This document shows positions 27,142 to 35,957 of a DNA stretch of 64,000 bases, piece by piece. The stretch lies in the sequence record PV231353.1; one strand, given 5' to 3'. A program made the translations under genes and the position numbers. The notes under the pieces were generated by a model that searched no databases, was not told the DNA's origin, and saw nothing but the letters and a program-made list of their open reading frames with translations. Positions within the stretch are counted from its first letter, which is position 1. Each line of letters begins with the position of its first letter.

Positions 27142-27440
27142 ATGAATCTTTTCGTTGTCGCCATTGACCCCGCCCTCATCCCTTCGGCCGCCGGCTTCGT
27201 GGTCGCCTCCCCTACGGGTGCGGCAAGTGGCGCGCGTGCGTCGGGAGCGAGGCGGACATGATCGCGCTTCGCGACAAGATGCGCCGCGCGCACCCGGCCC
27301 CGGAAGGCTACAGCGTCCAGCCCCTGGCGTCGTTCCTGGCCTATCTCGAAACGGTCGGGGATAGCCCCTATGACCAGTTTCGCGCCCGCGACGCCGCCGC
27401 CCGCATCCTTGACACCCTGACAACGCACCTCGCCGCCTAG
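27142..27440 (+). CDS. early hypothetical protein (apparent frameshift in C-run near 27210)
   Basis: AAGGA SD; MNLFVVAID... joins YGCGKW...MIALRD. Confidence 0.6.
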
Positions 27441-27494
27441 TCCCGCCGCCCCCGGCCGCGCGCCGGGGCGCTTTCCTCGAAAGGATCGCCGACC

Positions 27495-27797
27495 ATGACA
27501 ACCCGTCTTATCGCCGTGCGCGGCCCGACCGCCGCCGAACTCGCCGACCCGTCCAGCCGCGCGGGCGGCGCCGAAGTCGTTTTCGAGCGCCGCGACCGCG
27601 AAGGCCACACGCGCCTTGTGTTCGCCGCGACCTGCTACGGGTCATATCAGCAATGGGGCGAAACCCGCGACGTGCTCGCCGACAACGTCGAGGCGGTCAC
27701 GCTCTGGGCCGAAGGCATGGCGGCCGTTGCCGCCCTCATCGACGAGAGCGACGACGACGAGGGCGACGACGCCCCGGCCGACGACGGGGAGGCGTGA
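27495..27797 (+). CDS. early hypothetical protein, acidic tail
   Basis: AAGGA SD. Confidence 0.75.
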   Translation: MTTRLIAVRGPTAAELADPSSRAGGAEVVFERRDREGHTRLVFAATCYGSYQQWGETRDVLADNVEAVTLWAEGMAAVAALIDESDDDEGDDAPADDGEA

Positions 27798-27800
27798 GCC

Positions 27801-28220
27801 ATGCGCACAACCAAGGCTCAACGCTTCGCCGCCATCGCCTTTGACGCCCTGGCCAAGGCCCTAAGCGAGCCGCGCCAAGCCGTCGCCCGCATGACCAAAT
27901 GGGAGGGGGCGGGCCATAGCTTCGCCAACCTGCAACGCGATTATGAGCGGTACGGCCCCGGCGCCCGCTCATGGTTTGGCCGGGCTGAAATGCGCTTCTT
28001 TGGGACGCGCCTTGAGGCCGCGCCGCTGGACTTCCCGGCGCTGGGCTGCACCCTGTTTCTGACCTCCGAAACCCCGCCCGGCGCCGGCCGGGTCTGGACC
28101 CTTCGCGCCTATGTCTGGGCTTCGGCCGATATCACTACGCTAACCCATGGCGACGAAACCGACGCGGCGACCGCGCAAGCGGCCTTTGACCTCTTATGGC
28201 GGGTCCTTTCCGGGCGGTAA
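27801..28220 (+). CDS. early hypothetical protein
   Basis: WF...EMRFFG.RL. Confidence 0.75.
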   Translation: MRTTKAQRFAAIAFDALAKALSEPRQAVARMTKWEGAGHSFANLQRDYERYGPGARSWFGRAEMRFFGTRLEAAPLDFPALGCTLFLTSETPPGAGRVWTLRAYVWASADITTLTHGDETDAATAQAAFDLLWRVLSGR

Positions 28221-28296
28221 CCTTTTGTTAACTTCTGCCCGCTAGGGTCTTCTTGCGGCCGGGCAATCCCGCCCGGCCGCCCAAGGATTGGATCGC

Positions 28297-28569
28297 ATGA
28301 CCCGCGCTCAAGCCCTCGCCCAAATGAACGCCCTTCCCGGTATCATCGCCTCCTTTGAGCGCGAGACGGGCGAATATCGCGTGACCCTGCGCTTTGGCCC
28401 GCTCCCCATGGGGCGCGGCGCCCAAGAGTGGATGCGCGCGCGCCGCGAAGCCGTCGCCAGCTACAGCGACGACAAGGCCGACGCCCTGGCCACCGCCCGC
28501 GACATGTCCGCCCGTTGGGAGGCGATGAGCGCCGAACAACGCGCCCGCCTCTATCACAACCCCGCCTAA
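28297..28569 (+). CDS. early hypothetical protein
   Basis: Behind CtrA promoter 28217. Confidence 0.75.
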   Translation: MTRAQALAQMNALPGIIASFERETGEYRVTLRFGPLPMGRGAQEWMRARREAVASYSDDKADALATARDMSARWEAMSAEQRARLYHNPA

Positions 28570-28636
28570 AGCCCCGCGCGCCGCCCTGGCCTTCGCCGGG
28601 GCGGCTCCCTTAAACCCCTCGCAAGGATCGCACCCC

Positions 28637-28930
28637 ATGACCGCCAAGTCCGCCCGCAAGCCCCTGACCAAGGAACAAAAGACCCGCCGCCGCGAAACCC
28701 GCCGCGCCGCCCGCCTCAACTGGTCGGATGAGCGCCGCGCCCGCGAATTCGAGCGTCAAGCCCGCTTCTTCCTGATGATCGCCACCCGCGCCCAAGGCGC
28801 CGGCCAAGGCCAGGAAGCCGCCCGCCTCGCCACGGTCGCACAACGCAAGGTGACCAACTGGCGCATGGCGCAGGCCTGCGCCCGGATTAACGCCCTGGCC
28901 GCGCATCCGTTCGCGGCCGTGGTCGCCTAA
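28637..28930 (+). CDS. basic early hypothetical protein
   Basis: AAGGA SD, Arg-rich. Confidence 0.7.
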   Translation: MTAKSARKPLTKEQKTRRRETRRAARLNWSDERRAREFERQARFFLMIATRAQGAGQGQEAARLATVAQRKVTNWRMAQACARINALAAHPFAAVVA

Positions 28931-28943
28931 GGAGGCCCCGCCC

Positions 28944-29126
28944 ATGACGCACCCTCACGCCCTGGCGCTGATCGCCCTCGCTGAAAAGGTGTTGCCGCTT
29001 ACCCGGCTGCACCCGCTCGACCAACGCGCCGCCGCCGTCGATCTAATCGGCGACCTCTACCGCCTCGCCGACGATATCGACGCGGCCCCGCAAGCCCCCG
29101 CCCTGGCGCAACCGAAGGCCGCCTAA
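28944..29126 (+). CDS. early hypothetical protein
   Basis: AAGGAGG SD. Confidence 0.7.
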   Translation: MTHPHALALIALAEKVLPLTRLHPLDQRAAAVDLIGDLYRLADDIDAAPQAPALAQPKAA

Positions 29127-29127
29127 C

Positions 29128-29433
29128 GTGACCGCCCTCCAACGCGCCGGTTTCGCTGCGCACCGTCGCGGCGTCAAATGGTGGAACAACCCGCATCGGG
29201 CCGGTTCCCCCGCCGCCTATCAATGGGACCAAGGCCACACCCTCGCCCGCCGCGACGCCGAACAAGCCGCGCTCGACGCCTTGGAGGCCGCCGACTTGGC
29301 CCCCGAACCGGGCGAGGTGATCACCGAAGCCTTGCGCCCCTATCTGGGCGCCGCCCTGGCCGAAAACCACGCCGACGACGTGCTAGACGCCCTCACGCGC
29401 GCCGGCTTCCAAATCACCCGCAAGGAGGCCTAA
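29128..29433 (+). CDS. early hypothetical protein
   Basis: GTG directly after upstream stop. Confidence 0.65.
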   Translation: MTALQRAGFAAHRRGVKWWNNPHRAGSPAAYQWDQGHTLARRDAEQAALDALEAADLAPEPGEVITEALRPYLGAALAENHADDVLDALTRAGFQITRKEA

Positions 29434-29438
29434 AGCCC

Positions 29439-29999
29439 ATGACCGACTCCGCCAAGATCACCGGCGCGCTCGCGCTACTCGCCGTCGCGGCCGATAATCT
29501 CCGCCAAGGCCCGGCCATGTCCAAAGCCGCCGACAACGTCACCAACGTCTGTAACTACGCCCTGACGCGCGCCGTCATGCTCAAAGCCGCCGACCAAATC
29601 GGCGAGGCGCTGGGCGCCCTGCAAACGGGCGGCTATGTGATCGCCCGCCGTCGCGATGTCTTCACCGATGAGGGCGAGAAGCTGGGCGACCTGTTGGCGG
29701 CGCTTTATGACGCCGTCCCGAACTACGCCGTAAGATCGCAGCGGCTCGCCGACGCCCTGGCCCCGGCGCGAGATTACGTCTATCAGCCCCGGTTCCGGGT
29801 CAAGCTGGACGCCGCGCCCGGCGCGCTCTTGACCGACTGCGACACGGGCGCAACGGTCTATTTCCAGCCGGGCGACGACGCCGACGCCTTCCGGGCCGAA
29901 TTCGCCCCGTGGGTTCACGCCGCCAACGTGACGGCCGAAGGCGCGGCCCTGGCCTCGATGATGAACCCGACCGCCGAAGAGTATTTCAGCCCCGCCTAA
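29439..29999 (+). CDS. early hypothetical protein
   Basis: AAGGAGG SD. Confidence 0.75.
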   Translation: MTDSAKITGALALLAVAADNLRQGPAMSKAADNVTNVCNYALTRAVMLKAADQIGEALGALQTGGYVIARRRDVFTDEGEKLGDLLAALYDAVPNYAVRSQRLADALAPARDYVYQPRFRVKLDAAPGALLTDCDTGATVYFQPGDDADAFRAEFAPWVHAANVTAEGAALASMMNPTAEEYFSPA

Positions 30000-30109
30000 G
30001 TCATCATTCCTACCGTCTATGACTTGTCACCGGCCGAAGTCTTACCCGGTGACAGTCTGGGCAAGTAAAGCTCACTCTGGATTTTATGACTTAGCGCAAA
30101 GGATTGAAT

Positions 30110-30184
30110 TTGCTCGAAAAATTCCTAGAAGCTCACAAAGTCGTTTTCTGGCTGCTCTTGCTGGCCTGTTTGTGGCGCTTTTAA
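30110..30184 (+). CDS. 24-aa hydrophobic peptide (not in ORF track)
   Basis: AAGGA SD, TTG start; MLEKFLEAHKVVFWLLLLACLWRF. Confidence 0.45.
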   Translation: MLEKFLEAHKVVFWLLLLACLWRF

Positions 30185-30265
30185 CGGTTTGTTAACCCCT
30201 GGCCCTCTAGGGTCGAATTCCCGGCGCGGCAATCCCGCCGCCCGGCCTTCCTTCGGAGCTTCCTA

Positions 30266-30712
30266 ATGTTCGCTTCCGTGACCCTTCCCGCCCATGACGC
30301 CCAAGGCCTGAGCCTCGAAACCGTCCACATGGTTTTCGCCCGTGAACTGGCGCAACACTTCGAGCACGTAATTTCCGCCCCCGTGATCGAAAGCTGGACC
30401 GACGAGGAAACCGGCGCCGTGCAAGAGCAAGCCGCCGTTTGCTTCACCGTTTCGGCGACCCCGGCCGCGTGGGAAGCCAAGGGCGGCCGGCTCGCGCGCC
30501 GGCTGGAAAACCTCGCCGCGCGCTATGCCGCCGACTGCGACGCCCCGGCCCTGACTGTCACCCATTGCGACGGGCAAACGGTCTATGTCGGCGCTCTGGA
30601 AGCCCTGGCGCGCCCCGCCCCGGTGCAAGGCCCGACCCGCGCGGCGGACCCGGCTTTCCTCCCCCGCCAGCGTGAAGACAAGGCCGCCCGCTTCGATCGC
30701 CTGACCGCCTAG
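30266..30712 (+). CDS. early hypothetical protein
   Basis: Behind CtrA promoter 30181. Confidence 0.75.
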   Translation: MFASVTLPAHDAQGLSLETVHMVFARELAQHFEHVISAPVIESWTDEETGAVQEQAAVCFTVSATPAAWEAKGGRLARRLENLAARYAADCDAPALTVTHCDGQTVYVGALEALARPAPVQGPTRAADPAFLPRQREDKAARFDRLTA

Positions 30713-30730
30713 CCCCTGGCCTCCCCTAGC

Positions 30731-30759
30731 GCACCGCCCCTAGAAAGGCGGTGCGCTTT
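30731..30759 (+). terminator. intrinsic terminator
   Basis: GCACCGCC-loop-GGCGGTGC then GCTTTT. Confidence 0.65.
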
Positions 30760-30853
30760 TCTGTGTCTGTTTACTTGTTGTTAAGGAATAGCCTGCTAGT
30801 GTCTCCTTGTCGGCGGACGCATCCCGCGCCCGCCCCTTTCTGGATCGCTTCCC

Positions 30854-31246
30854 ATGGCTCGCCCCTCTGACCTGCTCAACGTCAACGCCGCCCGCGTCCT
30901 GGCTTGCCTTGAGCCTATCGCCGCCGCCGCTAAGACGGCCCCGGCCGCCGACCGCGCCGCCCTTTCCTACCTGCTCGACGCTGGCGAGTATGTCGCCGCG
31001 TGGCGCCGCAACCTCACGGAAACCGACCGCCGCAAGGCCTATGGCGCGGCCTGCGCCGCCGAAGCCCTGGCGCTCGCCAACGCCTATCAGCCCGCCACCC
31101 TGCAAGGCGGCGCCGTCCGCCGCGCTCTGGGCGCCTATGCCGCCGCCCTTAAGGTCCTGCTAGACGGGGAGCCGGTTAAGGCGGTCCGCGCCGCCGAAGG
31201 CGCGGCGCTTTCGGTCCGCGCTCGCTACGCCAACACCCGCCTTTAA
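30854..31246 (+). CDS. early hypothetical protein
   Basis: Behind CtrA promoter 30770. Confidence 0.75.
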   Translation: MARPSDLLNVNAARVLACLEPIAAAAKTAPAADRAALSYLLDAGEYVAAWRRNLTETDRRKAYGAACAAEALALANAYQPATLQGGAVRRALGAYAAALKVLLDGEPVKAVRAAEGAALSVRARYANTRL

Positions 31247-31300
31247 CCTCTTGTTAACACCTCCCGGCTATGGTCGGGAGGTCGCAAGGAGACACCCGAC

Positions 31301-31495
31301 ATGACCCGCCCCGGCCCCGCCTCGCTCTTGACCCCGCAAGCCCGTTTCTCGTCGCCGCGCGTCCTGATCCTTCCGGGCGCGGCTCCCATGCCGATTCGCC
31401 AGCCGCGCGGCCTTTGCGCCGTCGAGTGCGTCGCCCTTGGCGTGACGCTGGGCGCGGCGCTCTACCTCGCCGCCCGCGTGTTCGGTCTGGTCTGA
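31301..31495 (+). CDS. small membrane protein
   Basis: AAGGAG SD; C-terminal TM segment. Confidence 0.6.
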   Translation: MTRPGPASLLTPQARFSSPRVLILPGAAPMPIRQPRGLCAVECVALGVTLGAALYLAARVFGLV

Positions 31496-31877
31496 CCAGA
31501 CCCCCGCCCCGCCCCCGGTCGGACCGGTCGGGGGTGTGTCCCATAATGACACACCCCCGCCACCTAGTATCTTTTTTGATTCGGAGGGACCCAAAGGCCC
31601 CCTACGTTAACCATTTTGGCGGCGCCCCCGGCGCCTACGGATCATTTTGAAAAATCGCGTTGACAAAACCAGCGATCAACGTCAAGGATCGTGACGTCGA
31701 GCAGCCCCGCCCGACACGGGCGGCCCGCCCCCATTCGCCGCCCGACGGCCCCATCTCCGACGTCCACCGGGGGTGGGGCCTTTTCATTTTCCAGCCAGGG
31801 GACCCAAGGCCCCCTGGCTTTGTAAATCGGACCGCCAAAAGGTCCCTCCAAAAATTTTCAAAACCAGAAACGCCCGG

Positions 31878-31918
31878 TTGACACTTCCAGACTTGGCTTC
31901 TAAGTGTTGCGCGACGAC
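31878..31918 (+). promoter_or_regulatory. sigma70-type promoter with CGACGACA start-site motif
   Basis: TTGACA(31878)-N17-TAAGTG...GCGACGACAC. Confidence 0.6.
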
Positions 31919-31938
31919 ACGCAATCGAGGAGCCCGTC

Positions 31939-32685
31939 ATGACCGACGACATCACCAACGCCACCCCCTACCACAAGTTCACGCCCTACGACTGGCGCGG
32001 CTATATCGAGTTCCCGGCCACGGTCGATCTGGCCAAGCTGGTCCAGACCATCTACGCCCGCTCGACCCCCAGGGGCCTGGGCTTCCTCCACTTCACCCCC
32101 GGCGATCTGGACGAGGGCCGCGTCACCACCGCCATCTATGACGCCCAGGAACGTTTCACCGAGGCCGAAGCCCAGTCGGCGCTCGACTTCAACGGCGAGC
32201 CCCGCGACAGCCGTCACCGCTTCTTCGACTTCGACTATGTCGACGGCCGGGCGGTGAAGTTCAACCTCTACCGCGACCTCAACGATCGCCGCTTCTACTG
32301 CGAACTCGACTGGTTCGACCATTCCGAGTATGACGTCTTCGATCTGGTCGCCACCCTGCGCGACCTGTCCGACGACGCCACCAAGGCCTATCTCGACGCG
32401 GTCGCCGCCGCCAAGGCCCAGAAAAAGGCCGACGAGTTCGCCGCGACCGAAGCGCGCGCCCTCCTCCTGGTCCGCGCCCTGAAAAACGTCATGGGCGGCT
32501 CGGAGACCATCCCCCGCGAGGAGTTCTATCGCCGCTACGGCGGCAAGCCGAGCGTCATGTACGCCGCCGACGCCCAGGATCGCCCCTATTTCGACTACGC
32601 GTTCAACCGCGACCACACCATTGTCACCGTCCGGCCGGACGAGGGCGGCGAGGCCCTCTACGCCCGCGACGCCGTCCCGGCCTGA
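31939..32685 (+). CDS. hypothetical protein
   Basis: GAGGAG SD; PRGLGFLHF...FDYV.GR.VK. Confidence 0.8.
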   Translation: MTDDITNATPYHKFTPYDWRGYIEFPATVDLAKLVQTIYARSTPRGLGFLHFTPGDLDEGRVTTAIYDAQERFTEAEAQSALDFNGEPRDSRHRFFDFDYVDGRAVKFNLYRDLNDRRFYCELDWFDHSEYDVFDLVATLRDLSDDATKAYLDAVAAAKAQKKADEFAATEARALLLVRALKNVMGGSETIPREEFYRRYGGKPSVMYAADAQDRPYFDYAFNRDHTIVTVRPDEGGEALYARDAVPA

Positions 32686-32689
32686 TCCC

Positions 32690-32917
32690 ATGAGCGACGA
32701 ACGCGGCCCCGGCCACACCAAGTTCTACGCCTCCGAGGACGGCAAGCACGTCATGCGCTGCCTGAACAACGACCCGGCCTGGGTCAGTCCGGTCGTCCAT
32801 GACGAGGCCCCGTTGCCGGCCTGGAAGATCGCCTCGATGTTGCAGGACGCCTATAATCTCGGCCGGCGCGAGCAGCAGGAGATCATCCGCCGCGCCATTG
32901 GAGCCTCTTCGAAATGA
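32690..32917 (+). CDS. hypothetical protein
   Basis: ATG 32690, coupled stop. Confidence 0.65.
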   Translation: MSDERGPGHTKFYASEDGKHVMRCLNNDPAWVSPVVHDEAPLPAWKIASMLQDAYNLGRREQQEIIRRAIGASSK

Positions 32918-33588
32918 CCGACCTGACCCTTGGCGAGCGCTATGCGCGCGAGGCCCTGGCGGTCGCCCTGTTCAGTCTGCGGAGCATGCCCGCGACGATT
33001 GGCGGCGCCTCGACCGCGTTCTGGCACGAGATCACACCCCAGCAGCGCGGAAGCTGGCGCGAGCAGGCCGATCGCCTCGTCGCCGAGCAGGGCGGCGACG
33101 CCACGGCCGTCACCAAGGACCAGACTCGCATCCTGGAGCCCTGGGAGGCGGCGCTGAAGGCCCTGGCCGACGGCAAGGATCCGGACGACTACTATGGCGG
33201 CGACGACCACCGCGCCGATCGCCCCATTTCGACCTACTACCGCACCACGGTCACCTACGACTACGCCCTGACCGACGAGACCCTGCTGAAGGCCTGGGCC
33301 AGCGCCGAGCGCCAGGGTCTTTCCCTGCCGGCCTTCCCCGAGGACGCCTTCTCGGGCGCGGCGATCGACGAGACCAAGTTCCGCACCCTGACCGCCTGGG
33401 AGGCGGCCGTCATGGCGGTCACCCAGTACGACAAGGCCGAGCGCTTTGACGCCTACCGCTTCAAGGTTCCGTTCGAGTTCCGGTTCACCGCCCAGACCCT
33501 GGCGGAGTTCAACGACCTGCTGACCGCCGCTGATGAGCAAGCCCTGCCCAACCGCACGCCGGCCGACAACAAGAGGTACCCCGCCTGA
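32914..33588 (+). CDS. hypothetical protein
   Basis: 224 aa, GC3 bias. Confidence 0.75.
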   Translation: MTDLTLGERYAREALAVALFSLRSMPATIGGASTAFWHEITPQQRGSWREQADRLVAEQGGDATAVTKDQTRILEPWEAALKALADGKDPDDYYGGDDHRADRPISTYYRTTVTYDYALTDETLLKAWASAERQGLSLPAFPEDAFSGAAIDETKFRTLTAWEAAVMAVTQYDKAERFDAYRFKVPFEFRFTAQTLAEFNDLLTAADEQALPNRTPADNKRYPA

Positions 33589-33860
33589 TGCGCCGTCTCG
33601 CCATCCTGACCCTCGCCGCGATCACCCTGACCGCCTGCGCCGAGCAGACCAAGGTGGACGATCAGGTCTACGCCACGCTGGAGAACGGCTGCGTCGTCCA
33701 CAAGATCGTCCGCCAGGAGAAGGGCAGCATGTTCGTCGAGGAGGTCTTCACCACCGTCTGCCCCAACGGGGCGACCCGGACGGAGTGGGAGACGACCAAG
33801 ATGGTCGGCAAGACGGTGACCGTCGAACGGCACGCCACCGAAACCCCGGCGACGCGCTGA
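33588..33860 (+). CDS. putative lipoprotein
   Basis: MRRLAILTLAAITLTA-C lipobox. Confidence 0.75.
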   Translation: MRRLAILTLAAITLTACAEQTKVDDQVYATLENGCVVHKIVRQEKGSMFVEEVFTTVCPNGATRTEWETTKMVGKTVTVERHATETPATR

Positions 33861-33944
33861 TGACCGCCGCCCTGACCCTCTCGCGCCGCTTCACACCCGC
33901 CGCCCCGGCCGACGCCATCGAAGACTTCAACCCGTAGGCGTAGC

Positions 33945-34319
33945 ATGAGCGTCAACTACTATATCGAGCAAAAAGGTCGCTACCCGCAGATCGTCGATTG
34001 GGTCAAGGAAGATCACATCGGCCAGTGGGCGGACGGCCGGTTCCTGTTTTGTGGGACCAAGCACCGCACCACCCGCGAATGGCGTGATCGCCTGCGCAAG
34101 CTGTACGCCAACGAGCGCATCGTCAGCGAGAACGGCGTGGTCATGAGCCCGAGCGAGTTCTGGAACATGGTCGGTCAGACCCTGGCCAACGACACCACGC
34201 TCGACTACGCTTTGAACGTCGCCCAGGGCTTCGAGCAATACAGCCTCGCGCGCGGCTTCCTGGAGGGCCGCTTCTGGATGGACGGTCCCTTCGCCTTCAC
34301 CAGCAACGAGTTCCATTGA
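33945..34319 (+). CDS. hypothetical protein
   Basis: 124 aa. Confidence 0.7.
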   Translation: MSVNYYIEQKGRYPQIVDWVKEDHIGQWADGRFLFCGTKHRTTREWRDRLRKLYANERIVSENGVVMSPSEFWNMVGQTLANDTTLDYALNVAQGFEQYSLARGFLEGRFWMDGPFAFTSNEFH

Positions 34320-34744
34320 TGCCCGGATTTTTCGCCCGCCTGCTTTACCGGATCGCCGGCGTCGCCCCGATTAGCACGCCGAAGACCGCCGCCCTGGTCG
34401 CGGCGGTCTGGTGGACGACCCGGATGAATATCGAGGCGGCCGTCGACCCCGGCACGAGCGACGCCGAAAAGCTCCAACTGGCCGATGCCTTCCAGGACGA
34501 GCTTTGCCGGCTGATCGACGGGCGCCTGCGGCGGATCGGCAAGCGTTCCGAGGGGCTGTCGATCGACTTCGACTACACGCCCGACCCGCTTCTGGCCGAG
34601 GCCTTGCGCAAGGCCGGCGTCTCGCGCAGCGTCTGGAGCGACCTGTGGCTCAACAAGACCCGCATGGTCGTCCAGTCCCACCAGATCAGCGTCAAGCCCG
34701 GACTGGCCGGGCAGCGCTACACCATCCCCATCGGAGAGGTCTGA
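34319..34744 (+). CDS. hypothetical protein
   Basis: TGATG coupling; IDFDYTPDPLL.EA. Confidence 0.7.
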   Translation: MPGFFARLLYRIAGVAPISTPKTAALVAAVWWTTRMNIEAAVDPGTSDAEKLQLADAFQDELCRLIDGRLRRIGKRSEGLSIDFDYTPDPLLAEALRKAGVSRSVWSDLWLNKTRMVVQSHQISVKPGLAGQRYTIPIGEV

Positions 34745-35046
34745 TGCCCTACTACCGCAAGAAGCCCGTCGTGATCGAGGCCATCACCTTCGACGAACTC
34801 GTCGCCCACGGGATCGCCGAGTACAAGGCCGGGCGCGGGAACTACGTCAACGGCATGCCCTGGTCGTTCGACTACAAGGGCCAGCGGGTCACCCACGAGG
34901 ACGACGACACCTATCTGATCCCGACCCTGGAGGGGACCATGACCTTCAGCCGGGGCGCGATGCTGATCACCGGCGTCCAGGGCGAGGTCTACCCGTGCGC
35001 GATGGACATCTTCGAAGCAACCTACGAGCGCGTGGAGGCTCCGTGA
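34744..35046 (+). CDS. conserved phage protein (RKKPVVIEA...IPTLEG...GE.YPC..DIF..TYE family)
   Basis: Family-typical motif. Confidence 0.8.
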   Translation: MPYYRKKPVVIEAITFDELVAHGIAEYKAGRGNYVNGMPWSFDYKGQRVTHEDDDTYLIPTLEGTMTFSRGAMLITGVQGEVYPCAMDIFEATYERVEAP

Positions 35047-35312
35047 GCAAGTCCCAGCCGAGCAAGGCCGAACTGATGGCGGTCGGCGAGCGCAAGCACG
35101 AGACTTGCCGCTACGGCCGGCTGACCGAGATGTGGACCACCGACCTCGTCACCAACAAGGAGACGGCGGGCGTGGCGCCGCTCTGCACCTTCGACCCGCC
35201 CGGCGATCTCCCGCCGGCCCTCAAGCGGGTCTGGGGCGGCATCATCGATCTTGACCGCGACTGCGCCGTCTGCCTCGCCCACCGCGAGGTCCCGCTGGAG
35301 CCGCTGCCGTGA
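35043..35312 (+). CDS. hypothetical Cys-containing protein
   Basis: GTG coupling. Confidence 0.65.
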   Translation: MSKSQPSKAELMAVGERKHETCRYGRLTEMWTTDLVTNKETAGVAPLCTFDPPGDLPPALKRVWGGIIDLDRDCAVCLAHREVPLEPLP

Positions 35313-35599
35313 AAACCTGGGACCACCGCGTCTTCTGCCCCTGCGGCCACAACGACGAGCACTATGGCGGCGATCCGGCCCTGGCCGGGTACTGGTACAA
35401 GAACGACGTCTGTCCCCGCTGCGCCACGCGCGGCGATCGCTGGCGCGTCTTCACTGTCCGCTGGGTCTCGCTGGCCAAGCTCTGGGCGCCGTGGACCTGG
35501 GGCCGGGGCTATTGGGAGGCCGACACCGGCGAGGCGCGCCAGCCCCTGACCGAGGTCTGGCCGGTGCTTGCCGGCAAGGAGGTGGTCCATGCCGACTGA
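35309..35599 (+). CDS. putative zinc-ribbon protein
   Basis: CPCGH...CPRC. Confidence 0.65.
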   Translation: MKTWDHRVFCPCGHNDEHYGGDPALAGYWYKNDVCPRCATRGDRWRVFTVRWVSLAKLWAPWTWGRGYWEADTGEARQPLTEVWPVLAGKEVVHAD

Positions 35600-35957
35600 C
35601 GCCTTGGTCAAGGTCTGGACCTACGACAAGGCCCCGCGCTACCGCGCCAAGCGGGTCATGCGCATGGAGCACCACGCCGCCCCGAGGCCCGTCTGGGTCG
35701 TCGGCCGGCGCCTGCCGCTCCCCTGGCTCAATCTCTACTGGCCGCTGCGCTACTGGTATGTCGAGTTTGGCGAGAAGCCCGTCAAGCTCGCCGCCGAGTT
35801 CAGCACCGCCGAGGCCGCCGCCAAGTTCATCACCACCCAGCCGGACTTCTTCCCCCATCGCCCCGCCGTGCGCCTGGACGCCATCCACTACTTCACCGAG
35901 CGCGGCGAGCCGGCCATCCTCGGCGAGCCAAAGCCCCGCAAGGAGCGTGTCTTTTGA
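35589..35957 (+). CDS. hypothetical protein
   Basis: GGAGG SD. Confidence 0.7.
   Translation: MPTDALVKVWTYDKAPRYRAKRVMRMEHHAAPRPVWVVGRRLPLPWLNLYWPLRYWYVEFGEKPVKLAAEFSTAEAAAKFITTQPDFFPHRPAVRLDAIHYFTERGEPAILGEPKPRKERVF

Larger units (their letters stand above)
21700..31850. repeat. probable long direct terminal repeat / first-entering early region (single collapsed copy; boundaries approximate)
   Basis: ~10 kb between TerL and the pre-portal genes, matching phiCbK-like organisation; distinct codon usage, CtrA-box promoters, repeat-rich non-coding flanks. Confidence 0.6.
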
